A DNA stretch of 64,000 nt from Bacteroidales bacterium (GTDB taxonomy: Bacteria; Bacteroidota; Bacteroidia; Bacteroidales; UBA12077). Shown here piece after piece: positions 47,510 through 57,386 of the stretch (within the stretch, counting starts at the first letter, position 1; every line of letters starts with the position of its first letter). The DNA is taken from assembly GCA_028282585.1 (NCBI GenBank), contig JANQHR010000052.1, forward strand, positions 32,001-96,000. The letters run 5' to 3'. The notes beneath the pieces were generated by a model. The model did no database searches. It saw only the letters and a list, made by a program, of their open reading frames with translations, and was not told where the DNA came from. The translations under genes were made by a program, and so were the position numbers.

Positions 47510-47940
47510 GTACTTAAAGTGATCTAAAGTTTATAAGTGTCTAAAGTTATATGAATAATAAAGAGTTTAGCCAAAAATTAGAAACCAGAACCAAAGAATT
47601 TGCTAAAAGCATTATTAAACTCTCGGCAAGTCTCGAAAAATCATCAGAAAATAATGTAATTAAAAATCAAGTTACAAAATCAGGAACAAGTATTGGTGCA
47701 AATTATAGAGAAGCAAACCGGTCAAGAAGTCGAGCTGATTTTACGAATAAAATTAAAATTTGTGAAAGCGAAGCAAATGAAACCGTATACTGGTTAGAAA
47801 TTATATCAGAAATGAATCTAGTAAAACTCGAAATAATCAGGCCAATTTTGATGGAAGCAAGAGAAATACTTGCTATTTTTACAACTATTAGCAAAAATGT
47901 TAAACTTAAGGCATTTTAGGCACTTTTAATTTTAGGCAAT
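47506..47940. repeat. Inverted ~9-bp tandem-repeat arms around four-helix gene
   Basis: 47506-47548 ttaagtact taaagtgatc taaagttt ataagtgtc taaagtt; 47903-47940 aacttaagg cattttagg cactttta attttagg caat. Confidence 0.75.
47551..47919 (+). CDS. Four-helix-bundle protein (23S rRNA IVP/bAvd-like)
   Basis: LETRTKEFA, QVTKSGTSIGANYREANRSRSRADF..K..I...EA.ET.YWLE. Confidence 0.93.
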   Translation: MNNKEFSQKLETRTKEFAKSIIKLSASLEKSSENNVIKNQVTKSGTSIGANYREANRSRSRADFTNKIKICESEANETVYWLEIISEMNLVKLEIIRPILMEAREILAIFTTISKNVKLKAF

Positions 47941-47945
47941 TCAAC

Positions 47946-50900
47946 ATGTCAAGTATATTTTATTCCATTTATAATCTATTCCGAAAATTTAGAGTTTCAT
48001 TCATCTTTCTAATCCTATTTATATTTGGCGTTTCAGCCTATTTGGTTACCAAAATCAATTTCGAGGAAGATATTACCCGGATGCTTCCTTCTGATAAAAA
48101 TATCCAAAGAATTAGCGAAGTCTCACAGAATATCAATTTTATGGATAGGATCATAATTAACCTTTCCTTATCAGATACTTCAATATCAGATCCAAACAAA
48201 CTAATTGAATGTGCCGATATCCTTAATGAAGAACTCAAAAAACACCAACCGGAACTAATAAAAAATATGGATTACCAGGTTTCCGAACAGGTAATGAACG
48301 AGGTTTATGATGTTTTTTTTAATAACCTGCCTATCTTTTTAGAAGAAAGAGATTATCAAAAGATCGATAGTTTACTGGATAAATCCTCCATCGAAAATTC
48401 AATTAAGAATAACTTTAAAACACTGATATCTCCGGCAAGTATGGTTCTGAAACAATATGTAATGAAGGATCCACTTCATTTAACACCCATTGTTTTAAAA
48501 CGATTAAATAGTTTCCAGGTTGGAGATAACTATGAAATATACAATAGCCGGATTTTCACTAAAGATAAAAAGAACCTTAGCTTATTTTTAACTTCCGCAT
48601 ATCCATCTGGAGAAACCAAAAAAAATGGTAAGTTAATTTCGATTATAGATCAAAACATCGATAGCCTGGCACTACAATTTAACCAGGAAATTAGTATACA
48701 GTATTATGGTGCAGCTGCAGTGGCCGTTGGAAATGCCAATCGTATAAAAAGCGATATTCAGCTTACTGTTACTATAGCTCTCATAATTTTATTAATTTTT
48801 ATGAGCCTGTTTTTCAGAAAGAAAAGCATATTCCTGATTTTATTCCTTCCTGCTGTTTTTGGTGGTAGTTTATCATTAGCTATTCTCTTCCTGATTAAAG
48901 GCAAAATATCGGCTATTTCACTTGGAATAGGATCTGTTTTACTAGGTATTACTGTAGATTATTCCTTACACCTTTTTACGCACTACCGAAGTATTGGCGA
49001 TGTAAAAAAAGTATTGAAAGATATCTCCACCCCCGTTTTAATGAGTACGCTAACAACAGCCTCAGCTTTTTTATGTTTACTTTTCGTTAGTTCCAAAGCA
49101 CTGCAGGATCTGGGTTTATTTGCAGCCATTAGCGTAGTGGTAGCTGCATTATTTTCTTTGATTGTTCTACCTCACTTCTTGCGAAGAAAAGATTATGAAA
49201 AAGTACACCAAAGGGAACAAAAATCTTTAATTGAGAAAATTACTTCTTACCCTTACGAGAAAAACAAGTACTTAATTCTTGTAATAGTTGCATTTACCAT
49301 TGTTTCTTTTTTCTTTTCAAGAAAAACATCATTCGATGGAGATATGGATAAAATGAGTTACCTATCGCCTGAATTGAAAGAAGCCGAAGACAATCTTAAT
49401 AAAATAGCCAATGTAACCTTAAAATCGGTTTACCTGATAAGTACCGGTGAAAATTTACAAGACGCTTTAGCCAATAACGAAAGAGCAATTCCAAAGCTGG
49501 AAAATTTAAAGAATAAGGGAATTGTTAACCAGTACACCAATATAAGTGCTGTTTTAATTTCAGATTCATTGCAAAAAGAAAGAATAAAAAGGTGGAACAT
49601 ATTTTGGACCAAAGAAAAAACTGAAAAATTAAAGCAGAATCTCCAAAAGTCAGGCGAAAAATTCAAGTTCCGGCCCAATGCTTTTTCTTCTTTTTATCAA
49701 TTATTAGATAAGGAATTCAATGCTGTTCAGCAAGAAGATTTAAAAGGATTACGGGAATTATTTGTTGATGATTTTATCACTGAAAAGGAAAATATAACCA
49801 CGGTTATAAGCATTCTAAAAGCAGATGAGTTGGATAAACCAACTATCTACGAAACTTTTTCTGAAAATAATGACCTGGTAGTTTTCGATAAAAAGTACAT
49901 GGCCGATAACCTGGTTCGCATATTGAAGGGTGATTTCAACTTACTTGTTAAGGTATCATTAGGAATCGTATTTTTAATCCTGCTATTATCATTTGGCAGA
50001 ATAGAATTAGCATTGTTAACTTTTATTCCAATGTCAGTTTCTTGGATATGGACTCTTGGTATAATGGGAATTCTAGGCATTAAATTCACCATCTTCAACA
50101 TTATTATTTCTACATTCATTTTCGGGTTAGGAATTGATTATTCCATTTTCATTATGCGGGGATTATTACAAGAATACAAATATGGAATTAAAAACTTGGA
50201 TTCATACAAAACATCTATCTTCCTTTCCGGAGTTACCACCATTACAGGAATTGGTGTTTTAATTTTTGCACAGCACCCTGCTTTAAAATCCATGGCTGTT
50301 TTATCCATTATTGGTATACTTTCTGTGATTATTATATCCTATACGTTGGAACCTGCACTGTTTAACTTATTTCTCTTAAATCGAAAGAAAAAAGGTAAAA
50401 TAGCCTATACTTTTCAAGAGTTTTTAAGCTCTCTTTTAGCATGGTCTATATTTATCATTGGTTCGATATATACAACGTTTGTAGGCTTTATTTTATTCAG
50501 GGTATTACAAATTAAAAATAAGAAAGTACAGCTGTTTTTTAATTACTCCATGGTTTTTTCATCTTCTGCGCTCTTTTATGGAATGCTTAATATTCAAAAG
50601 AGAATTCTTAATCCAAATAAAGAAGATTTTAAAAAGCCATGTGTGATTATATGTAACCATCAATCGTATATCGACCTTATTTACAATATGTCTATTAATC
50701 CAAAAATTATTATTCTAACAAACGATTGGGTTCAAAAAAATAAGATATATGGCAGGTTGGTTCAGATGGCTGATTTTTATCCTGTTTCGGAAGGTTACGA
50801 GGCTATTCTTCCTAAATTAAGGGCTAAAGTTGAAAGCGGTTTTTCCATATTGGTTTACCCTGAAGGTACCAGGTCTGTAAATTTTAAAATGAAAAGGTTC

Positions 50901-51815
50901 CATAAAGGAGCTTTCTATATCGCTGAAAAATTAAACCTTGATATTCTTCCAATTGTACTGCATGGAACCGGTTTTTGCATGACTAAAGGAGATGATTTAT
51001 TACTAAAAAATGGAACCGTAACAGCTAAATACCTTGATAGGATAAGCCCTGATAATAAAGAATATGGCGAAAACTATTCGAAACGTGCAAAAGGCATTGG
51101 CAAGTACTTTAGGGAAGAATATAATAAGCTACGCTTTGAACTCGAGGATACTAAATACTATAAAAACCAACTAATAAAAAATTACATTTTTAAAGGCCCC
51201 GTATTAGAATGGTACTTGCGTATTAAATTAAGAATGGAAAAGAACTACGAATTATTTAATTCTTTAATTCCACGTGCCGCTAAAATATACGATATTGGTT
51301 GCGGTTATGGTTACCTTTCTTATATGTTGCATTTTGTATCGGAAGAACGAAAGATAACAGGTGTAGATTATGATAATGAAAAGATTCAAGTGGCAAAAAA
51401 TTGTAATTCTAAAAACGAATACATTCATTTTGATTGTGCGGATATAACACAATATAATTTTGAACCTGCAGATGTTTTTATTTTAAGTGATGTATTGCAT
51501 TACTTTCCTAAAGAAGGGCAGGAAATAGTTGTTGCCAACTGCATTCAAAACCTGAATGATGGCGGAATGGTAATTATACGCGATGCAAATACAAATTTAA
51601 AGGGGCGGCATAAAGGAACTAAATTTTCGGAGTTTCTTTCAACAAAAATTATTGGGTTTAATAAAACAAAAGATGAGTCAAAACAGTTATACTTTCTTTC
51701 ATCAGATGATATTTTAGGTATGTTCAGCAAGCATAATATGGAAGTAGAAATTGTCGACCAAACTAAATTAACGTCGAATGTAGTTTATATAATTAGAAAG
51801 AACCAAACTAATTAA
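47946..51815 (+). CDS. Trifunctional MMPL/RND exporter - PlsC-like acyltransferase - class I SAM methyltransferase
   Basis: GITVDYSLH and GLGIDYSIF TM motifs; NHQS.ID and YPEGTRS; DIGCGYG. Confidence 0.92.
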   Translation: MSSIFYSIYNLFRKFRVSFIFLILFIFGVSAYLVTKINFEEDITRMLPSDKNIQRISEVSQNINFMDRIIINLSLSDTSISDPNKLIECADILNEELKKHQPELIKNMDYQVSEQVMNEVYDVFFNNLPIFLEERDYQKIDSLLDKSSIENSIKNNFKTLISPASMVLKQYVMKDPLHLTPIVLKRLNSFQVGDNYEIYNSRIFTKDKKNLSLFLTSAYPSGETKKNGKLISIIDQNIDSLALQFNQEISIQYYGAAAVAVGNANRIKSDIQLTVTIALIILLIFMSLFFRKKSIFLILFLPAVFGGSLSLAILFLIKGKISAISLGIGSVLLGITVDYSLHLFTHYRSIGDVKKVLKDISTPVLMSTLTTASAFLCLLFVSSKALQDLGLFAAISVVVAALFSLIVLPHFLRRKDYEKVHQREQKSLIEKITSYPYEKNKYLILVIVAFTIVSFFFSRKTSFDGDMDKMSYLSPELKEAEDNLNKIANVTLKSVYLISTGENLQDALANNERAIPKLENLKNKGIVNQYTNISAVLISDSLQKERIKRWNIFWTKEKTEKLKQNLQKSGEKFKFRPNAFSSFYQLLDKEFNAVQQEDLKGLRELFVDDFITEKENITTVISILKADELDKPTIYETFSENNDLVVFDKKYMADNLVRILKGDFNLLVKVSLGIVFLILLLSFGRIELALLTFIPMSVSWIWTLGIMGILGIKFTIFNIIISTFIFGLGIDYSIFIMRGLLQEYKYGIKNLDSYKTSIFLSGVTTITGIGVLIFAQHPALKSMAVLSIIGILSVIIISYTLEPALFNLFLLNRKKKGKIAYTFQEFLSSLLAWSIFIIGSIYTTFVGFILFRVLQIKNKKVQLFFNYSMVFSSSALFYGMLNIQKRILNPNKEDFKKPCVIICNHQSYIDLIYNMSINPKIIILTNDWVQKNKIYGRLVQMADFYPVSEGYEAILPKLRAKVESGFSILVYPEGTRSVNFKMKRFHKGAFYIAEKLNLDILPIVLHGTGFCMTKGDDLLLKNGTVTAKYLDRISPDNKEYGENYSKRAKGIGKYFREEYNKLRFELEDTKYYKNQLIKNYIFKGPVLEWYLRIKLRMEKNYELFNSLIPRAAKIYDIGCGYGYLSYMLHFVSEERKITGVDYDNEKIQVAKNCNSKNEYIHFDCADITQYNFEPADVFILSDVLHYFPKEGQEIVVANCIQNLNDGGMVIIRDANTNLKGRHKGTKFSEFLSTKIIGFNKTKDESKQLYFLSSDDILGMFSKHNMEVEIVDQTKLTSNVVYIIRKNQTN

Positions 51816-51816
51816 T

Positions 51817-53307
51817 ATGCCAAAATACGATGTTGTTATTATAGGAAGCGGTTTAGGAGGGCTTTTTTGCGGCAATATACTTAGCAAGGAAGGGTTGAAT
51901 GTTTGTGTATTGGAGAAACAGAAACATTTGGGTGGAAATTTGCAAACTTTTAAGCGTGATGGAAAGATATTCGATACTGGAGTACATTACGTTGGGGGAT
52001 TGGGGAAAGGGCAAAATTTACATCAATATTTCAAGTATGCAGGCATTGTTGATGATTTAAACCTGAAAAGGCTTGATATGGATGCCTTTGATAAAATCAA
52101 CTTTCAGGGGAAAACATATTCATATGCGCAGGGGTACAGCAATTTTATTGAAACATTAGCACAAGATTTTCCGAAAGAAGAAGAAGCATTAAAAAACTAT
52201 GAAGCCCAGGTTAAAAGAATATGCAATGAATTTCCTTTGTACAATGTCCGCCCAAATCTTGGCCAGGATAATGAACATGTTTATTATGAAAGAAATGTTG
52301 GGGATTTCTTAAAAGCTATTACACCAAACGAAAAATTGCAAAATGTATTAGCAGGAAATAATTTATTGTACGCAGGTATACCTAATAAAACTCCTGTTGC
52401 TATTCATGCTTTAATTACCAATTCATTAATTGAAGGTGCTTACCGTTTTAAAGATGGCAGCCAACAAGTAGCTAATTTGCTTGTTGAATCCATACAAAGA
52501 AATGGTGGTACATTGCTCACGGACAGTGAAGTTGTAAAATTAAATTTTGAAAACAAAAAGATTGAATCTGCAGAATTAAAAAATGGAGAATTAATTGAAG
52601 CCAACAGCTTTATTTCCGCCATACACCCTACTCTTACTCTTGCTATGACGGATAGTAAATTACTTAGAAGGCCATACAGAACGAGAATAAACGAAATAGA
52701 AGAAACAATATCCGTATTTGCTATTTATATTTCATTTAAACCGGAAAGTTTTCCATACTTAAATTATAATTATTACCACTTTAATGAAGATTCAGTTTGG
52801 AGTATCCCGAATTATAACCCCAAAAAATGGCCTCAAGAATACCTTTTCTTAACATTGCCATCCAGCAAATCAAAGAAATATGCGCAAACAGCAACTGCGA
52901 TGACATATATGAAATACGATGAAGTAGGGCATTGGAGAAACTCAAGTATTGGCAACAGAGGGGATGATTATGAAAGTTTTAAAAAGTATAAAGCTGAATT
53001 ATTGATTGATCAGATAGGCAAACAGTATCCAGGCTTTAAATCGAGTATTTCAAATTATTACACTTCTACCCCTCTTTCAATGGAAGCGTATACAGGCACC
53101 CGAAACGGTTCAATATATGGTATATTGCATGACAGTAATGAACCGTTAAAATCACGAATTGCCCCGAAAACTAAAATTCCCAATTTATTTTTAAGTGGGC
53201 AGAATATTAATATTCATGGAGTATTAGGAGTAACCGTCAGTGCAGTGCTAACCTGCACAGAATTAGTAGGAATGAAATATTTATTAGATAAGATTCAAAA
53301 TGCATAG
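51817..53307 (+). CDS. Phytoene desaturase-family FAD oxidoreductase
   Basis: DVVIIGSGLGG, LEK...GG, FDTGVHY, STPL, GSIYG, NLFLSGQ. Confidence 0.88.
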   Translation: MPKYDVVIIGSGLGGLFCGNILSKEGLNVCVLEKQKHLGGNLQTFKRDGKIFDTGVHYVGGLGKGQNLHQYFKYAGIVDDLNLKRLDMDAFDKINFQGKTYSYAQGYSNFIETLAQDFPKEEEALKNYEAQVKRICNEFPLYNVRPNLGQDNEHVYYERNVGDFLKAITPNEKLQNVLAGNNLLYAGIPNKTPVAIHALITNSLIEGAYRFKDGSQQVANLLVESIQRNGGTLLTDSEVVKLNFENKKIESAELKNGELIEANSFISAIHPTLTLAMTDSKLLRRPYRTRINEIEETISVFAIYISFKPESFPYLNYNYYHFNEDSVWSIPNYNPKKWPQEYLFLTLPSSKSKKYAQTATAMTYMKYDEVGHWRNSSIGNRGDDYESFKKYKAELLIDQIGKQYPGFKSSISNYYTSTPLSMEAYTGTRNGSIYGILHDSNEPLKSRIAPKTKIPNLFLSGQNINIHGVLGVTVSAVLTCTELVGMKYLLDKIQNA

Positions 53308-54988
53308 GTTCAAGGAAATACTTAAAAAGTTCGGAAAGGTGGCCGTGTGGTTAACCGCTATAATTACGATACTTATTATTTTATTCAAAATCACAACAAG
53401 AATAAACCCGCCCGAGGTAAGTAATACTAAAATAGAGAATTTGCAAGTAAGAACTATGGATTCTAATTTCAGGGAAATGAAGGGAAACTGGCTGCAAAAA
53501 AATAATCTGGGCCTTTGGGAAATGTATATAAAGGGCGAAGCTTATCAACGAGGAATTATTAATGGTAAACTGTCTGAAGATTTGATTTATAAACAGGAAA
53601 AAGCTTTTGTAAATCAAATTAAGGAAATGATTCCATCTGAATCATACCTGAAATTCTTAAAAAGTTTTATCGCCTTTTTCAACAGAAACATTGATAAACA
53701 TATTATTGAAGAATATCAAAAAGAAATTTATGGAATCTCTCAATCTGCCTCAGAAAAATTTGATTTTATCGGGCCTAATTACCACCGAATTTTAAATTAC
53801 CATGCTGCTCACGACATTGGGCATGCTTTGCAAAATATGAACCTGGTAGCTTGCACAGCTTTTTCTGGGTGGGGTTCGAAGTCTGCAGATAGTTCATTAA
53901 TTATAGGGCGCAACTTTGATTTTTACGTGGGTGATGAATTTGCCGAAGATAAAATCATTATGTTCTGCGAGCCCCGGAAAGGGTACCCATTTATGATTGT
54001 TACCTGGGGAGGAATGATAGGCGCAACATCCGGAATGAACAATCAAGGATTAACCGTAACATTAAATGCCGCTAAATCAGATATTCCTTTTAGCGCCGCA
54101 ACGCCGGTATCATTAGTAGCGCGTGAAATTCTTCAGTATGCATCAACCATTGAGCAAGCATACGAAATTGCTAAAAAAAGAAAAATGTTTGTTGCCGAGT
54201 CCATTATGGTAGGTTCTGCGAAAGATGGAAAAACTGCCACCATAGAAAAATCACCGGATCACCTTGCTTTGTATAAAACAGAAAAGGATTACATGATTTG
54301 CAGTAATCATTTCCAAAGTGTTGAAATGCAAAAGGAAGAATTTGCACATGCAAATTTATATGATTATGCCACAACATATCGCCTGGAAAGAGTAGAAGAA
54401 TTGCTGGCCAAAAATCCAAAATTAGATGTAAACAACGTTGCTGAAATATTACGCAACCAAAAAGGGCTTAATGGCAAAAATATTGGAATGGGAAATGAAA
54501 AATCTGTAAATCAGCTCATTGCTCACCATTCAATTATTTTTAAGCCCGAAGAGCTGAAAGTTTGGGTTTCCTCCTCTCCTTTCCAGTTGGGCGAATACGC
54601 CTGTTATGATTTAAATAAGGTTTTCGGAAAAGTTGAACATATCACAAAACCTACAATAATTTATGAAGAAGGCCAGAGTATTCCTGCCGATGCATTTTTA
54701 CATTCAAAAGATTATAAGAACTTCATCCGTTTTAAAGAAATCAGAACACAAATTCAAGCAGCAATAAAATCAGGCGTTAAAATTGTTGAAGATGATTACC
54801 TTTTCAATGAAATCATTGGATTGAACCCGGAGTTCTTTGAAACCTATGTGTATATTGGAAATTATTTTAAACATTTTAATAAACCGGAGAAGTCAATATT
54901 AGCTTATCAAAAAGCATTAACAAAAGAAATTCCTAATATTTACCAGAGAGAAAATATAGTAGAGAAAATAAACCAATTAAAAAAATAG
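53300..54988 (+). CDS. C45 family autoproteolytic acyltransferase/hydrolase
   Basis: HDIGHA, ACTAF (Ntn Cys), GRNFDF, SGMN..GLTVTLN, SNHF. Confidence 0.88.
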   Translation: MHRFKEILKKFGKVAVWLTAIITILIILFKITTRINPPEVSNTKIENLQVRTMDSNFREMKGNWLQKNNLGLWEMYIKGEAYQRGIINGKLSEDLIYKQEKAFVNQIKEMIPSESYLKFLKSFIAFFNRNIDKHIIEEYQKEIYGISQSASEKFDFIGPNYHRILNYHAAHDIGHALQNMNLVACTAFSGWGSKSADSSLIIGRNFDFYVGDEFAEDKIIMFCEPRKGYPFMIVTWGGMIGATSGMNNQGLTVTLNAAKSDIPFSAATPVSLVAREILQYASTIEQAYEIAKKRKMFVAESIMVGSAKDGKTATIEKSPDHLALYKTEKDYMICSNHFQSVEMQKEEFAHANLYDYATTYRLERVEELLAKNPKLDVNNVAEILRNQKGLNGKNIGMGNEKSVNQLIAHHSIIFKPEELKVWVSSSPFQLGEYACYDLNKVFGKVEHITKPTIIYEEGQSIPADAFLHSKDYKNFIRFKEIRTQIQAAIKSGVKIVEDDYLFNEIIGLNPEFFETYVYIGNYFKHFNKPEKSILAYQKALTKEIPNIYQRENIVEKINQLKK

Positions 54989-55017
54989 CATAAGCCCATC
55001 ACTTTAAAAACGTTTAC

Positions 55018-56679
55018 ATGCCCGAACCAAAATCAACCCAAGTTTATGATATAGCCATTATTGGCGGAGGCGTAAGCGGATTAACCGCAGGAGCTATTGC
55101 CGCCAAATTTGGGTTAAAATGTTGTATTCTCGAAAAACAACCCCATTTAGGCGGTTATATTGCAGGATTTGATAAGGAAGGGTTTAAAATTGATACCGCC
55201 ATTCATTGGTTAAATCAATGCAGCAAAAATGAAATGGCCGGTAGGATTTTCAGTTTAATTGGCAATGATTCGCCAGAATTAAAACCACTGGATAAAATAC
55301 ACCGGTTTAAAGGAGATTCTTACGATTATGTTTTAAGCAATAAGCCTGATGAATTGAAGGAAAAATTAATCGAGGATTTTCCGCACGAAAAGAAAGGCAT
55401 TCAGAAATTCTTTCGGGTAGCAAAAGGAATGGGTAAAGGGACCCTTGCATATGCCAAGCTGTTTAGAACTGATGAAAGTATGGCTTTTTTTGAAAGTATG
55501 TATTTCAAAATTAAGTTGCTCAGGTTTTATTTTCCTTTAATTAAATACATTTTTTATAGTGGTGATGGTGTTACGAAAGGATTAAATAAATTTTTTAAGG
55601 ATAAAAACCTGCATAAGCTATATAGCTCCGAAAAGGATTTATTATCTTGTTTGTTTCCAATAGCATGGGCTTATAACAATGGTTACCAAATACCAAAAAA
55701 AGGTGGAGCAAGGGTTTTTATACAATGGTTAAAACATGTTAATGAATTTTATAAAAATGATATCATTACAAATTCAGAGGTAAAGCGCCTACATATTCAA
55801 AATAACAATTGCGAACGTATAGAATACACACAGGCTGGCGAAACTATTTTTATAAAAAGTAAACATGTCATTTCAACCAATGACATCGAAACGCTCTATA
55901 CTAAACAATTGTCAAAAAATGTAGTTAGCAATAAATTTAAAGAACGGTTAAACCATGCAGTTTTGTATAGTTCGGCATTCACAGTAAATATTGCGCTAAA
56001 CTGTACAGCAGAATCATTGGGCATTGGCGAGGAATTAATAAGCATTGCCAAAGAAGGTATCCAACGAAAAGAACATGACGGAGGCAATCCATTAATAAGC
56101 GATATAAGTGTTTTAGCCCCATCTGCAAGAGATAAAACACTGGTGCCTGGAGGTAAGGGGTTAATTACCCTATATATGGCTGCATATATGGGTTATAAAA
56201 ATAATTGGAGTACTGAAAAAGGCGAGAATGGTAATTTTATCCGCGGTGAGAGATATAACCAACTAAAAAATGAAGTGGCAGAAATATTAATTAAACGAGT
56301 AGAGAAAGAGCTTGGTATTGGATTAAAGAAACACATTCAATTCTACGATGTATCCACTCCAATTACTTACTACCGGTATACGGGAAATAAAGACGGAACC
56401 ATGATGGGAGCCCGCCATGGAAAGGCAAACATGCAGGCAAAAATAGCACACCACCAAACAAAAGTTAAAAATTTAATTATTGGCGGGCAATGGGCTGATT
56501 TGGGAGGCGGGGTTCCTATTGCCGTAAAATCCGCAACAAATGCAGTTTTACTTACACTAAAAAAAGAAAATAAACAATCCTTTAAACTCTTAGCAAATTA
56601 TATGGATGGAGAAATTTCTGTTGAGCAATTAAATTCATATGAGCCTGTAAAACCGTATGACAATTCCTGGAAAGCCTAA
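55018..56679 (+). CDS. Second phytoene desaturase-family FAD oxidoreductase
   Basis: DIAIIGGGVSG, LEK...GG, STPITY.RYTGN..G..MG, GGGVP. Confidence 0.85.
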   Translation: MPEPKSTQVYDIAIIGGGVSGLTAGAIAAKFGLKCCILEKQPHLGGYIAGFDKEGFKIDTAIHWLNQCSKNEMAGRIFSLIGNDSPELKPLDKIHRFKGDSYDYVLSNKPDELKEKLIEDFPHEKKGIQKFFRVAKGMGKGTLAYAKLFRTDESMAFFESMYFKIKLLRFYFPLIKYIFYSGDGVTKGLNKFFKDKNLHKLYSSEKDLLSCLFPIAWAYNNGYQIPKKGGARVFIQWLKHVNEFYKNDIITNSEVKRLHIQNNNCERIEYTQAGETIFIKSKHVISTNDIETLYTKQLSKNVVSNKFKERLNHAVLYSSAFTVNIALNCTAESLGIGEELISIAKEGIQRKEHDGGNPLISDISVLAPSARDKTLVPGGKGLITLYMAAYMGYKNNWSTEKGENGNFIRGERYNQLKNEVAEILIKRVEKELGIGLKKHIQFYDVSTPITYYRYTGNKDGTMMGARHGKANMQAKIAHHQTKVKNLIIGGQWADLGGGVPIAVKSATNAVLLTLKKENKQSFKLLANYMDGEISVEQLNSYEPVKPYDNSWKA

Positions 56680-57386
56680 TTAGTTCGGCATTTTAAGCAA
56701 AGGTTTTTTCTTGTGAGTTTTAACTTCCATTCTTCCACTTCTTCATTCTCAAATTGCCCAATGTACTTAACATGGTGGTTTAAATTATTTAATGGCCTAT
56801 ATTGCTGTAAATAATAATTTCCCATTAAACCCTTTGATATTTCCTTTATCGTTTCAAGTGAATGGTACGGTTTTACCAAAGTTGTCCTAAATTCAAATTT
56901 AAGCCCCGTCTTTTTAATTAAATTTATCGATTCTTTAACCCTGTCCAATTCCATCACATTAAATTGTTCTCCAACAATAGCTTTATAATTATTTATTTCT
57001 AAAGCTGACTTTACATCCATGGCAATATAGTTAATCAACTTTTTGTCAATCAAATATTTCACCATTTCAGGGTTGGTTCCATTGGTATCTAACTTTACCA
57101 ATAAATTAAGCTCTTTTATCTTTTTGATAAAGTTTGGCAAATTCCTATGAATAGTCGGTTCTCCACCAGTAATTACTACTGCATCCAGCAAGAGTTTATT
57201 TTTTGACAGGTAATCGAAAATATCAGGTTCTTCAATTAATCGGTTTTCCTTTATTCGTTCAGGTAAAACCAAATCAGGGTTATGGCAATAAAAGCACCTG
57301 AAATTACAACCCGAAGTAAAAACCACAGATGCTATATTGCCGGGAAAATCAATAAAACTTTGTTTAAGAAAACCTCCTATTTTCAT
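56676..57386 (-). CDS. nrdG: Anaerobic ribonucleotide reductase activating enzyme (radical SAM)
   Basis: S.IDFPG, GCNFRCFYCHN, ITGGEPT, KLDTNG, EFRTT; downstream of nrdD. Confidence 0.92.
   Translation of the reverse strand: MKIGGFLKQSFIDFPGNIASVVFTSGCNFRCFYCHNPDLVLPERIKENRLIEEPDIFDYLSKNKLLLDAVVITGGEPTIHRNLPNFIKKIKELNLLVKLDTNGTNPEMVKYLIDKKLINYIAMDVKSALEINNYKAIVGEQFNVMELDRVKESINLIKKTGLKFEFRTTLVKPYHSLETIKEISKGLMGNYYLQQYRPLNNLNHHVKYIGQFENEEVEEWKLKLTRKNLCLKCRTN

Noticed and set aside
33145-47919. Diversity-generating retroelement (Avd-like proteins present)
   Set aside because: No reverse transcriptase ORF and no ~100-bp template/variable repeat pair differing at adenines seen in the window.
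3976-47919. 23S rRNA intervening sequences
   Set aside because: No rRNA sequence flanks any four-helix gene; all lie in protein-coding operons.
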